A stretch of 40,137 nt of DNA from Sarea resinae (taxonomy: Eukaryota), in NCBI GenBank assembly GCA_026026165.1, contig JAPEUD010000057.1, forward strand, positions 124,001-164,137, written 5' to 3'. Positions 22,537-34,662 of this stretch are shown here, in pieces. The notes under the pieces were generated by a model. It was not told the origin of the DNA and did not search any database. It saw nothing but the letters and a program-made list of their open reading frames with translations. Within the stretch, counting starts at the first letter, position 1; each line of letters starts with the position of its first letter. Made by a program: the position numbers and the translations under genes.

Positions 22537-23398
22537 GCGGAGGAAGGCGAAATGGGTGATAATGAAGCATTAGCAGTGTGATGATGATAGAACGTCGAAG
22601 GACATGAGGTTCTATGGATGGATGGACGTTGTGCTAAGCTGTTGCACGCGGGGGAGCTAACGCAACCGTCCCTCTGCTACTTTGAGGTAGTGTCCCTTAC
22701 TAAGCTGGCATGAAGCGCTGCCGAAGGTATTTCAAAGTACCTTCTGTCGAAGAACAGCCCATATCGTACTCTGGAGTACATCTATCAACCTCCCACTGCG
22801 TGTTGATATATTCGGCTATATGGCTATCGATTCATCTACCCTACTAAACGGCTAGAACTACAGTGCGTTCATATAGCTAGAAGGGTCTTGCAAATGCATA
22901 CCTTGGTACAGTTGTGGCCGAAGCAGAACGTCGACTTCTATCTATGTTTCTGTCAGTACTTTGTTTGGATAGGTCTCTAACGGCGTGATAGGTCAGGAAT
23001 GGTAGAATGACGTTGATAGCAACAAGGTCGAGGACAGCGTACGATGTCTCTCAAATCCATTACTATTCACGCAGCTTAAGCTATGGGAGAGTAGCGATAG
23101 TGAGAGACCTAGCTTGCCGCAATCTAGAGCTACTACATCATATAGATGATATGCGTTTCTAGAAAATTCGAAAGTAAGGGCCCCTAGATTTTGGCCAGGA
23201 GGATGAGGAACATCAGGTGAACAACAGATCCTGCTGCGGAGAGCGTCGATAGTATGAAAAGCTCATAGATAAAGTCTAGGATATGTCGTTTTCTGATAGT
23301 AAAGGACGTGTTTTGCTCAGCATAGATAGGCAGCTAAAAGAAAACACATTCTTTCCCCTCCCTTACTTTCAACTTATCCTGAAATAATTTAGTTAAAT

Positions 23399-24977
23399 CT
23401 AGATTCTCTTTAATGTACGGTTGTATATCATGGCTAATGCCTCGAAGCGCATTATCAATTCCGCAAACTTCTCTTTATTGTCAGGCAATTCGAGTCTGGA
23501 CGCCTATCACACTGTTCTAAGAACAGCTTCACCTTCTCCCCCTCTCTCCATGGAAACGGCAAACTGGGATGGCTATGTCTGAGGCCAATCTTCACGCCTA
23601 GGACCTTCATGGCCCCGCGCCCTATGTCCCTCCCCCCCTTCGGCGCACTGCATGGCCTTCAGAAGTCTGGCCCTGATGACAGCATTAACTCTCTCTGCAC
23701 CTCTTCGAAGGGCAGCCTGAACTTCCCTTTTAATATCGGCCCTTCTCAGTGAGCGTTGCACTTTCTCGCTATCCACATAGCGCGCAGTGACGCCGTACTT
23801 GTCCTCTTCGATCGTGACTTTCTCTAGGCCAATCGTCGAGTGGCCCCAGAGCTGCTGCTCACCTATCAGACCACTCAGGCTGTACCTCTCCATTGCACAC
23901 GCAGTGTTGAGCCCTATCCGCTGTCGCTCCCTCAACGGTGGGAGAATGCTAGCCCGAACGAAGGCACACGCACTAGGCCCCATCACAGCCACGTCCAGGA
24001 GCCCAATACAGAACCCTTCAGCCAGAAGGATCTCTTTTGCGTCGCTTGCGCGGAGACCCATCTTGCTCGCATTCTATGACGCCAGTATCTTCACCTCGAC
24101 CGAGGTCTCTTCCCTCTCGATCCCTTCAGAGATCCGATAAGTCAGATCTTTTGCCAGCGTGTACTTCCTTCGCTGCTGACTTGAATGGGTCAAGGCACGG
24201 TTCCTGATCCCTCCCTTGCGCCTCCCTGAGCCAACGTACAACGCCAGCTCCTAGCCTCTGAGGGCCACCGCAAGATAGACGCCGCGCTTTTCTGAGACTT
24301 TTTGGCCCTTCACCGATTTAGGCGCCGCGTTCGGCAACGCATCGATCAACCCCACATCAAGCGTAGCAAGAAACGCTTGGGCCTCCGAGTTGAAGTGGCC
24401 GATCAACCGCCCTGCAAGCTCTGCGCTTGACCTGCCTCTCTGCAGCGCGACAATTCCGCCATGGACGGCATTGGCATCGAAATGCCGAACGATCTCATTT
24501 GCCGTGTAGAGCTTCTGCTCGCAGGTATATTTCCTGCCGGCCCATCTGAACGGGAAATTTAGAGTCAGCGTCTGTGCTTGCTGACTCAAAGACTCGATTT
24601 CATATTTACCTTGCCTCCACCGAGACCATCGTCTCCTCGATCTCCTCCACCTCATCATCTTCCACTCCATCCTCCTCCGACCCATCCTCCAATTCAGACT
24701 CATCCCATTCGAACACGACCTCCTCCGAATCCTCACCCTCCAGCTCCTCCGCACCCCCCAGCTCCTCCTCACTCTCTGGCTCCTCCTCACTATCCTTCAC
24801 CTCGTACACGCGTCCTGCCACAGCCGTGGCCGACTTTCGCTCCTCACTCTCCAGCTCCTCCTCACTGTCCTTGACCTCGTATATGCGTCCTGCCACTGCC
24901 GTGCCCAACTCTTCCTCCACCCGCTGCTTCTTATGCAGCCCACCCACCTGCTCCAATCCTCGCTTTGTACCTGCCAT
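23399..24977 (-). pseudogene. GIY-YIG-like nuclease-domain pseudogene with acidic N-terminus
   Basis: Exon1 24977-24610 (MAGTKRG..KKQR, duplicated TAVAGRxYEVKDSEEE, Glu-rich); intron 24609-24546; exon2 in one frame: RGVYLAVALRG*ELALYVGSGRRKGGIRNRALTH...ILAS*...LLAEGFCIGLL...IGLNT...QT*...RTV**ASRL...KRI*. Five premature TAG/TGA stops, no frameshift. Confidence 0.65.
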
Positions 24978-24996
24978 AGTATTCGATATTGACTAA

Positions 24997-25045
24997 ATAA
25001 TTAATTGATTGATTAAAACTGATTAATTGATTGATTGATTGAAAC
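24997..25045. repeat. AT-rich (TTGA/ATTA)n tract just upstream of the GIY-YIG-like gene
   Basis: attaattgattgattaaaactgattaattgattgattgattgaaac. Confidence 0.7.
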
Positions 25046-25164
25046 AAAAGTATTCGAATAACGGCTGGGACGATGTGGGGAAAGAATGGTAAGTCTTGGG
25101 GTGAGAGGACTCGAGCCAGGTAACGAGCCCGCTCCCCACAAGACCCGGCAGTGAGCCTGGATTA

Positions 25165-25629
25165 CGACTCACGGTGGGCCAATATACTACGGCCCCGAGC
25201 CTCCCCCCAACGGGAAGAGAGGGGAAGGCGGGCGTGGGGGCGAGCAGTTGGCAAGACGGGCGAGCGACTCTAGCCCAGCCATGGAGCCGGACACGACCCT
25301 GGCCCCGGTCGCGGGGGTGCGGGCCCAGGATCTCTTCCTGGCGGATCCACCGCTCTACTATGAGTGTGTGTCAGTTTTGATCATCAACGAAACCAGGTAT
25401 TCCACTTACCCGACTCGCGGGCTGGTGGTGGTGGTGGTGGCGGAGGAGAAGGGAGGAGCGACGAAAGTGGGTATCTTCTATTATTGTCTACATACCATTA
25501 GCTCTTATTCAAACAGTCTCACGAAGGACATGAGGGATCAGGAAGGAGGATGGCATTGAGAGAAACAAGAGCATAGCCTTGATCCAAAAGCAGGTCCAAT
25601 AATGCGAGATTCAACTTACTAGGTGCCAT
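25165..25629 (-). pseudogene. Paralog (copy B) of the 20.2-21.2 kb orphan gene; frameshifted exon 2 and no Q/RGG exon
   Basis: Same 10-nt first exon (ATGGCACCTA|gtaagt) and same intron positions. Exon 3 NNRR...PPPPPPP; exon 4 VERWIRQEEILGPHPRDRGQGRVRLHGWARVARP...LGAVVYWPT. Exon 2 is 55 nt (out of phase). Upstream DNA at 25970-26160 and ~26390-26470 also resembles 21240-21410 and ~21630-21670. Confidence 0.65.
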
Positions 25630-27051
25630 TGAATGTTAATCAATGGCGTGTTCGCCAAAGAGGAAGACGGATCGTCTCTGATATCTAGTTAGCAGTCTGC
25701 TTTGATCTAATGATCGAGTTGCATTGGTGAGCCAAGTTGCAAATGCATACCAAAGCTCTTCATTCGAATAGGTCTCTTCTGTGATAGATCGAAATGAAAG
25801 GCTGATCCCGGGAGCAATGAAGCAATGAAAGGATAATCTCGACTGGGAGAAGAGAATGACATCGACAGCAGCAAGCGGATGATATCGACAGCAACAGAAG
25901 GATGGCCTTGCTCGCAAAGCAGGTCCAACAATAGAGATATGACTTACTCTCGGCCGTTCTGAAAAAAGGACATCGATGAGGAAAGAAAGGAAAGGGAAGA
26001 CGGATCCTGGCCGTGCGTAATTCTTATAATTACGAGTACGGATAGGTTACCCTACAACCATTTCTGAACGAATACACCGATTTCTGTGTGCGAGTCATCC
26101 CACCCAATGACAGAAGCGACCCCATTGGGATAGGGCTTATAAACTATTACGTATGTTAATATCAAAAGATTGGAACCTAAGGTAGGTGCTTACCTGAGGC
26201 ATGTGACTCTAGGCTGACGATCATGCAAGGCAATGGCCGATCAGCAGGAGAAGGCATCCACAGATGCTATTGTTGACCTGGAAGATATGATGGAGCCAAA
26301 CTTCTGTAGTCGGCGCTGCTAGTCAACCGTGCTCAGATGAGCTGTAGACTGTTCGCACCGATAGGTACAGTCATCTGAATACCGTCCTAGAAATCGGTGA
26401 TATCTGAATTTACCGAGTAACATGATTCTTCGTAGTTAGTAATTGAGATGTCAAAGCATGCCATCGTCTTCGAAGATATAAGCTCGAGGTAGAGTGACAT
26501 TCTAGTATATCATGGCTTCTTTTCCAGATCTCTTCCCTGCTGCTGAATACAGGTATATCTGTCTCAGATATAGACTACCATCATCAAGCTGCGAGCTGAG
26601 CATGTCGTAGAGTGCACCTTCATCGTGATTAATTTTTTCTAGTAATCAGAACGGCCGATTGGGATACTCGAATAAGCGCATAAGCATGCCTCGATAGACA
26701 GTAACACCTCACGCTCTTGAAATTTCAACATAAATCAGAGCAAATGAGGTCCTCGAGCCGTGAGCTGCATCCATTTCAATGCATGACGCGCGATTACAGC
26801 CGCGATCGAGTATGACTCACGACCGTAACTAGCGGATCCGACGTTTAGCTGTAGGGCAATGCGGAACTTGAGCGATTTCTTCTTTCGGAAAGGCATAAGA
26901 GAAGGCGCAGGCGATATGATTATCAATTAAGCAAACGAAATTCAGAGACAAGTACGGCACATTGAAAATAGACACAACTTCTTGGGGGCAAGCGATCATT
27001 ATGTATTCTTTTTCTTGCCAAACAAAATCAGCGCGGCACTGAACATCCAAA

Positions 27052-27903
27052 TTAGTAGCCTTCAAGCCCATTGAGAGCCAACCCCTCCATCATCGATAGC
27101 CTCGAAGTGACGGAAGCGTCGCAGCATCTCTGATAGACAAGTTGAGCCAGAAGCAATGACGCATTGCGGATATTGTCAAATCTGAGCTTTCTTTTCCTGC
27201 TGTAGAAGGAGAACTCTCGAAAATGGTGGCTGGCCATAGAGGCCTGGAAGCCGCTGCTATAAGGGATCACGGTCGGGTTGACTGCCACGGTTTCTGACAG
27301 CGCTGATTGCGTCGATCTCTCTGGTTGGTGCGATTCAGCAATGACGAGCATATCTCCATCCCAGCCAGACTGAAGGTGATGGCTTCTGTAGGCTTTGCTG
27401 TCTTTATCCGCGAACAAAGTACTTGACAAGGCAAAAAGGCAATAGGTAGTGGAAGAACTGGAATGGTGGATGTTAGAAGTCAAGGGGCATTGTGCGGACA
27501 TTCTGTAGTAAAGGCGATGAGGCGTAAAGTATAGGTCAACGAATGGGGAATAAGCAAATAGTGGATGCACAAGTGAATGAGCAAACAGTGAATGAGTAGA
27601 TCCATGATTCGGAGGCTGCACTTCAACACTTCCCATCTTCAAGAAAGAGCACAGCGTCCTCGTCTCTATGAAGCCATTGAGGCAGAGAAAAGATAAAATG
27701 TAACCTGAAAAGTCAATGCCGTATAGTACCAATAGAGCATGGAACAGAGCGGCAAAGATAGCAAGGATGGAATGACAAGAAGCTCTTCCGCGCACAAGAT
27801 CTGATACGGAGGTAAATCTACCTACCAGTCGCCGATATGTCGGATTCTGCTCATGGAAGTCTATGTCAACGCTCGCGCATACTGGCAAAACGTATGGTCC
27901 CAT
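27052..27903 (-). other. Unassigned 283-aa ORF in island 1
   Basis: Long open frame from an ATG; no recognisable family. Confidence 0.2.
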
Positions 27904-28328
27904 AACTAGTAATAAAAGTCACTGTACCGATTTGATAAGCCGTAATAAATGCCATTGAAATGTGATATTCAAAAAGAAGGTATGAAGAACAAGAATAGAG
28001 GCCCCGAACGTTCTATCGAACTGCGAACGTTGCTTAGGTAATATGTGCGATGGATGGCACGACATCGACTGCATGGGTACTGCGTACCTTAGGAGTGGCA
28101 TTCGCTAAATCGGCTTATATAATCGAGGTCTGGGGCGCCTCGCTTACGCAAGCCTCGTACTCCGTACTTCGTACCTTACGGAGTACCGTTCGGATCAGAC
28201 TCGGCTAATACGGTGGGGCTAGGACGCAGCTAGTGTAACCACCAAAAAATTTCGAAAGGAGCCGGGCCGCCCCCTGAATCCCCGAAAAAGGGTGGAATAT
28301 CAGCGCTTTAAGCACAACATCTTTCAAC

Positions 28329-28432
28329 GCTTGGATAGCGCAGTTGGTTAGCGCGTAGGTCTCATAACACGTGACTGTTCTGTTAACAGAGCAGATATCC
28401 TAAGGTCGTGGGTTCGAATCCCACTCCGAGCA
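28329..28432 (+). tRNA. tRNA-Met (CAT), elongator type, with ~30-nt intron
   Basis: Acceptor stem GCTTGGA/TCCGAGC, D-arm GCGCAGTTGGTTAGCGC, anticodon arm TAGGT-CTCATAA-TCCTA (CAT at 28363-28365), intron ~28367-28396, T-loop GGTTCGAATC, followed by a T run. Confidence 0.93.
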
Positions 28433-28440
28433 AGCACCCC

Positions 28441-28456
28441 TTTTTTTGCATTTTTT
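28441..28456 (+). terminator. RNA polymerase III oligo-dT terminator of tRNA-Met
   Basis: T-runs starting 9 nt after the tRNA 3' end. Confidence 0.75.
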
Positions 28457-28961
28457 CTTCATACAATTTGCTCTACATCTCTTTACATCGTCTCTGCCCG
28501 GTACGGAAGGTGCATTCACTTGGCTGAGACCTTAGCGAGGGTGACCGAAGGGTAGGTACCTCGCGACCTAGCTATGTCTTTCCTTTGGTCTGCGGGTTCT
28601 ATCTATCTCACCAGATAGGAGGGGAGCGGAGTTTTCTCCTTTTACTATTCTGATTTATGTCCTAACTTGCTGCGTATTATATGATAGCACTCAATCCCCC
28701 TTAAGCTTATTACTCTTGCACATCATATCTTTCTCTCTTTATTATAGTTCTAATATTGTCTTATATCTCTATATGTCTAGGTATCTACTACGCTGTTAGA
28801 GCTAGTATCTAATACCTTCTTTTTCGATAGAAACATGCTATTCGTTCCGCCACTCTTCCCAGGACAACAACAATAAGGCTACCGAAGTGCTTTTTATAGT
28901 GGAGTCCTTGATTTGTCTCAACTCTCATCTATATTGCTTATATAGGATTTTAGAAGTTCAT

Positions 28962-30224
28962 CTAAACGTCCAATGTCCTCCCTGTCTTGGAGCTTTCCTT
29001 CGCCAGCTCGATCAACCTGATAACGGCACCGGCTTCCTCGGGCTTGACTGGCACTTCTCCCTTGCCACGCAGCGCATCCGCAAACCTTTGATAGAATTCG
29101 ACGTACGTGGGAGGGTGCGCGGTGGGAAAGACCTTGCTGACCGGCTTGCCGTCTTGGATAGTCGTCAATGTGCCTAATATAATTAGTAAGAGCTGATCTG
29201 GGTACTACTCCAGCTTACCGAAATGATCCTCTGATTCGATGGCGAATCCGGCATCTCCCGGCTTCATTCCTGCCTTCAATTGATCCTCCTGTACATCCAA
29301 GTGGAACTGGCGAGACATTAGCTTCTCTTTTCCATTCCCTGCGACTGTGTCCTACCTTCTTGAAGCTGCCCTTGTCTCCGCGGACCCAATATCTCAGCTG
29401 AGCGACCTCTGGGCTGACGACCGCAGCCTTGACGGTGGCCATCAGCTGGTCGTAGTGCAGCAGTACAGTGCAAGAATCTTCGAAACCGCCAGTATCACCC
29501 TCTCGTTGCGAGCCAACGAATCCGGTGATCTTCTTGGGGAGTCCAAATGTCACGACGACCTGATCGATCAGATGCGTGCCGAGATCGAAGACGGCGCCGC
29601 CCCCAGGCATCACCTTGGTCTTCCAACTGCCGCCGGATGGGACTTCTGGTCTGTGACGGTCGAAGTGGGTCTCGAATTCAGCGACGCGTCCGAGAGTATT
29701 GCTTTTGATGAGATGGGACAGTGTGACAAAGTCGGAATCCCATCGGCGATCTGTTTGATGTCAGCGGAGATCTAACGGCGAACTGCTAATCGGCCATACT
29801 CTGGTATACGGTAAGAAGGCGATGGTTCTTCTTTGCCAGGGCACTCAATTCCTGAGCTTCTTGATGCGTAGGCGTGAAAGGCTTCTCCACGATGACTGGC
29901 CCTCGTTAGAATCCAGAGATGTGTAGGCAGTAAAGACATACCATTCTTGCCCGCCTCCAGCGCGAGCTTCGCCAGATAGAAATGCGATTCGGGCGTGGTC
30001 GTGACCACGACCACGTCCACGGCAGAGTTCTTCACCATCTCTTCGGCCGAGCGGTAGCCCTTGACCCCGGCATGGTCTTTCTCGGCATCATCGTCTGGCT
30101 TGGGGCTGCGCTGGACAATTGCGTGGAGCTTGAACGCTGGCGTCGCGAGGATGAGAGGGATATGGAAGACTTTGGCAGACATGCCATAGCCGATGACGGC
30201 GACGTTGAAGGTTTGGGATGACAT
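28962..30224 (-). CDS. Gfo/Idh/MocA-family NAD(P)-binding oxidoreductase
   Basis: Exons 30224-29942, 29895-29800, 29750-29356, 29306-29219, 29173-28962. VAVIGYGMSAKVFHIP, VIVEKPF, YQNRRWDSDF, FDLGTHLIDQ, HLDVQEDQLK. Confidence 0.93.
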
Positions 30225-31260
30225 GTTGATTCTTCACAATGGCAATAGATAGGTTTTGTAATATCAAATACACGTCGGCGCATAGGCCCATATATATATT
30301 CTTCGAAGAGGCCGCGAAAAGCTATGGTAGATGGAGTGATCTGGAAGCGGGCTGGCTACGAGTGCCCCTCGGTGGGGTAAAATGCCGGCTCTGACGTCTA
30401 ACGCCGTCCATACAAGGAACCAAATCCGAAGCAGGAATGCGCCAATTGGAACCCAATTGCAAAGTTTCAACATATTCCCAGCTATGACTTCCGTCGACTG
30501 CGTGCTTTCCAATGACATACATAGGTAGTACTGCATCAGGTAGGTATAGTAGTGGCCAGAACAGACGCCATGTGTCAAATCCTGCCAGTGAGCGATAATG
30601 CTCGTTTAGAGATGGATGGCACCGCGCCAACTACCTAGAGTGTGAACTAGAAGCAAGGACCCGCCAAACGTCGCGCTTCGACCTTCCACTGCCACCACCG
30701 CGTGTTTGAGCCTGACTAATCATCAACATTACGTGTTTGGTAGAGTCACAGCTGATCCCAACCAAAGACCTCTCGGACGCGCGAACACCGTCATGAAAGA
30801 CAGAAAGAGAATGTTTTAGGCGTCAGAAAAGCACCTAGCTTCGACCCGAGTGCTAAGTGCTGCTAGTATGCCCATGTGCATCGTGACACACTTTGAACCC
30901 TCGTAGCCACAGTCTCCGAGGATGCCCTGGTCCGGATGACTGACAAATGAAAGACACAAGGAGACAGTAAGGAGAAAAGAAGAGAAAGGCAAAGTAGGCC
31001 TCAGAGCCGCAGTACCGCTAATGATCGGACTCAGAACCCTTGATGTCCCCTTCGTCACCCCCAGGTACTTTTCTATCTTGGAGGAGTGGAATGGAGAGCA
31101 TCTCAATGAAATCATGCCTTTCAGACAATGGATCGTCTCCGCCCAAACTTGCTTGTTGGCTTTCAAAGAAGCGCTGAGCTTATTGTGTGGAACTGCTTCT
31201 TAGGCACTCCCACTGTGCTGTTAGTCTGATGCTTATGACGGAATTTGGTTGGCGATACAC

Positions 31261-32030
31261 TCATCTTGGCTTTTGAGTCCAGCACTTTCCGGGGGGGAGC
31301 ACGATTCCGGGGCAATTGGAATTGAGGATATGGGGCCGAGCGATCTCGAGCAGGGCGATGGCCGCCTCTCTGCTGCTTTGGCTCACGGGTCCTATACCCT
31401 GGGTTCGGCGCACGGGAGAGCGAGAATGAGCGCGCGAGCTATCTTGTGCATGGCGCAATATCCGCATCACTTCACGCGCCATCCCAGCTACTCTCTCTAG
31501 CTCGGTATTGCTGGTACTGAGCTGGACAGCGGTGGTGACCATGGAACGCCGGTTGTTGGTTCGATTGCAGCGGCGGGATCGTGGAGCGGCTTCTCGAACC
31601 TTATCCTCTAGCTGTTCATTGGAAGATTACATCCATTGATGCTCTCGTTCCCCACATGTCCGGCATATGGCCATGCAAGGCGGGTGTGATGGCCATTACA
31701 GGTCCCACAATGCCGTGCTATCTCTTGATAGTTTGGGATTTAGGGTGGTCGATAATATTTTCCGCAATTAGGGCACATTGGCCGGTCTTCTCTTTGCCTT
31801 TGCTGTGGCGGCGCCTGTTGCTGCTGCTGCCACTTTTGCTGCCACTGTTGCGGCTGCCACTGCCATTAAGCTCTTTGCTGGCGGAGCTTACGCCGCTGCA
31901 AGAGCCGCTGCAAAGCATCTTTTCTTCGTACTCGTCCTACTGGTTAGCCATCTCTATAGTGTATGGACTTACCTGCTGTTTCTTCCGCTGTTCGTCTTCT
32001 TGTCATTCTCTTTGGTGGTGTTGGTATCAT
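31261..32030 (-). pseudogene. Decayed gene with a Q/W-rich stretch and three CCHC zinc-knuckle-like motifs
   Basis: Manual translation: MIPTPPKRMTRRR..|..QQRA*WQWQPQQWQQKWQQQQQ..CPNCGKYYRPP*..HCGTCNGHH(frameshift)PPCMAICRTCGEREH..., running into the frame of ORF 31261-31542. Has TAA stops and one frameshift. Confidence 0.5.
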
Positions 32031-32345
32031 GAGAAGCTCATACGAGGAGAAAGTGGACAAGGTGTGGAGGAAGTGGATAAGGTGAGTGAAGCTCTTCGTC
32101 CATCTTTGTGCGTCTGCGTCGTTTACTCACCATTAAATATAGTATCTAGCCCTAATCGGCAGGGTAGGACAGGGTTACGGCCGTGTCTCCTGTAGTTGAT
32201 TGCGTTTTTTAAAACATAGATTCGAGACTGATCGTAGGCTTGTTTGCTTTCATGTCTGACGTGATAGTCATGATAATAGCCTCTGTGAGGTGTTTACAAA
32301 CATTTCATATATTGTGGTTGATATTGATCAAAAAAGACACCACCG

Positions 32346-33811
32346 TCATCTTCGTCCTCGTTGATGGGCATCTCGGATGTGCTTATTCAAACTTTCGACA
32401 TGAACGCTGACACTGCAGATATTACATCGTGCCTTTCTTCCCTCTTGGCCCGAGCACCGGTTGCTCCTATGTTTTGCCATGTCCGCAGGTGCCACCTTGT
32501 GGTCACAATCTGAACACTTGACCTTGTCCTCGTGCTTCCTGCTCTTGTGCTGTCTCAAGCCGCGTTGAATATGACTTCTCGCAGAGATCGCAATGGAAGC
32601 TTTTAGACTTCTGAGCAACCTTGCCAGGCGCATGCATTTTTGCCTTGTGGTGTTGGACGTCTGTGTTCGTCGGCCCAACGTACTCGCACGAATCGCATTT
32701 GACCCCAATCGCCAAATGCCTACCAACATGCTTCCTCACTGCGGGGCCCGGGTGTGTGCCTGCCCAGGGAAATGTTTGGCCACAGAACAAGCAATCTCAT
32801 TCTGCGGCTGTTATCTTTCTGACGACATGGTTGACCAGGGCTTTATGGTCGCCAAATGTATCCACACAGCCGCCGACAGGACACAAAAACTGGCCAGTGA
32901 TATCTTGGCTGACCGTTATACGTTCCAGCGAACGCGCCTGCGACCTAACGCCTTTGAGGTGACGCTCGCGTTTTGCTTCTTCCGTCCAAGCTTGCTCTTT
33001 CGGCTCTTTCTCCTCTATCTCGCCAAATGGGTCGATCGTTTTTGAATTTCGACCGCCCAGCTTTAGTGCCCTGTTGTTGCGGGCACCCTGCGCCATGCTA
33101 TCATTCCAATGGTTACTACTGTCTCCAATGATAGGAACGTGGACTTACCTTTCTTTGTTCAGAGCCACCTGGGCAAAAGGTCTCACGAACCGTGCTGCGG
33201 GACGGGAGTCAACCACTTTGTTCTCCAGGTTGTCCCTACTCTGAAGCAAGCTTGAGACTTTGTATTCATCAAAGTCTTTGTTGCTGTTCCACACGAACAC
33301 AAAGAGATTTCCATTCAGGTAGGGATCAAAAATCCCCAAAGAGCAAAGATTGGTCGACAGCCCATCTGCTTGGGCCTGTACGACTATCACTCTTCCACCA
33401 TTCGCCTTCTCCATCTGTGTCTCGATAGAGCTTCTTAGCTCTTTTGGCCCCACTCTTGTGGAGACCAGAAAGTTCGTGTTCATGACAAAATCGGGATGTA
33501 TGTCATCTCTGGGCTGCCGCTACAATCTTTATGATTTAGCTTGTGCGCCCTCTCGATGTAGAGCTTCCCCAAGAGCTCGCAGCGATCTTGAAGACGCGTT
33601 TTGGCGTCTGCAGTCTTCGTGCCCGTGGCTACAGAAGACATCCGAGCCACACATATCACAGCTTTCAGCTGCTCCGGCGAGCTCGGGAGCACTGGCATTT
33701 CCTCCACGTCTGCGTTGCATGAGAACATTGACTTTTGCACTGCAGATGTGGAGACACTTTACCTTCATCATCGAAAGGCATACTCGGACACATGATGCTC
33801 TTAGATTCCAT
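32346..33811 (-). pseudogene. Pseudogene: putative serine-recombinase(resolvase)-like N-terminal domain plus about six C2H2-type zinc fingers
   Basis: Exons 33811-33763, 33709-33149, 33097-32346 with GT-AG introns. KAVICVARMSS...VIVVQAQADGLSTN, then CPVGGC..H, CLFC..H..H, CDSC..H..H, CDLC..H..H, CSDC..H..C, CNIC..H..H. Frameshifts near 33490 and 32560; premature TGA at ~32797. Confidence 0.6.
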
Positions 33812-34662
33812 CTCAGGGAATCGAAAGCGACGATTCATCTAGAAGAAGAGAAGCATAGATGGAGAGCAGGAAGATGAGGAAGAGTAAAACGAGAAGAAGA
33901 ACAGTGATCACGAGAATGATAATGATGATTATGATTGTGATGGATGTTGAGAAGACAGCTGGAGAGGAAGAGAATGAAGATTGCAGTTGCGGAATACTGA
34001 TAGGGTAACCGTGTGATGCTGCCCTACATCCTCTTTACTGATACATCAGATGCGTCAATTACGGTACTTACCTAAGGTATGATATTCGTGGAGGGTGCGT
34101 CGACTGGCCCCCTACTCCGGAATACTTCATAACTTTACCAACCATAATTGCCACAGTCATTACAGGCTCGTTGCTGTTGATGCTGCCATTGCTGTCAGAG
34201 CTGCTGGGCCCCGGAACTATGATACATCTCCAAGCTCTTCTTGTTGCTAAGGAGAGCCAACTCGAGCTGGTGGTTGCATAGAGCACTCTATCACCTGGTT
34301 GTCCCGTCTCTTCTGATTGCCTCACCCGGGCAATGACGGCCCTGTGGCATTCGTATAGCATCGGAGTCGGGCGAGAACAAGAATAGACACTCACAAATAT
34401 TCATCGACGCCTTTCTCGAAGGATGTTATATTTCTGGATCGATGGCTGAGCCAATGTAACTCCCGTACGCGCTGACCGCGATGTCCACAAAAGACAGAAG
34501 GAAAAGATTGTGTAGAGGGTTTTGGTAACGTATGAACGAGTTGTGTCTAATATGCCTCGCGATAGGTAGGTTCCACCACCACTTACCGAGTGGGAGATTA
34601 AGAGGCCAGTAGAGTACCATATTTCCATAATTAAATTTTTGCACGATAGCTATCGCGACAGA

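Noticed and set aside
28158..28186. TACTCCGTA...TACGGAGTA inverted repeat upstream of the tRNA
   Set aside because: A common intergenic word in such fungal genomes (also near 884 and 3568); not specific evidence of an element end.
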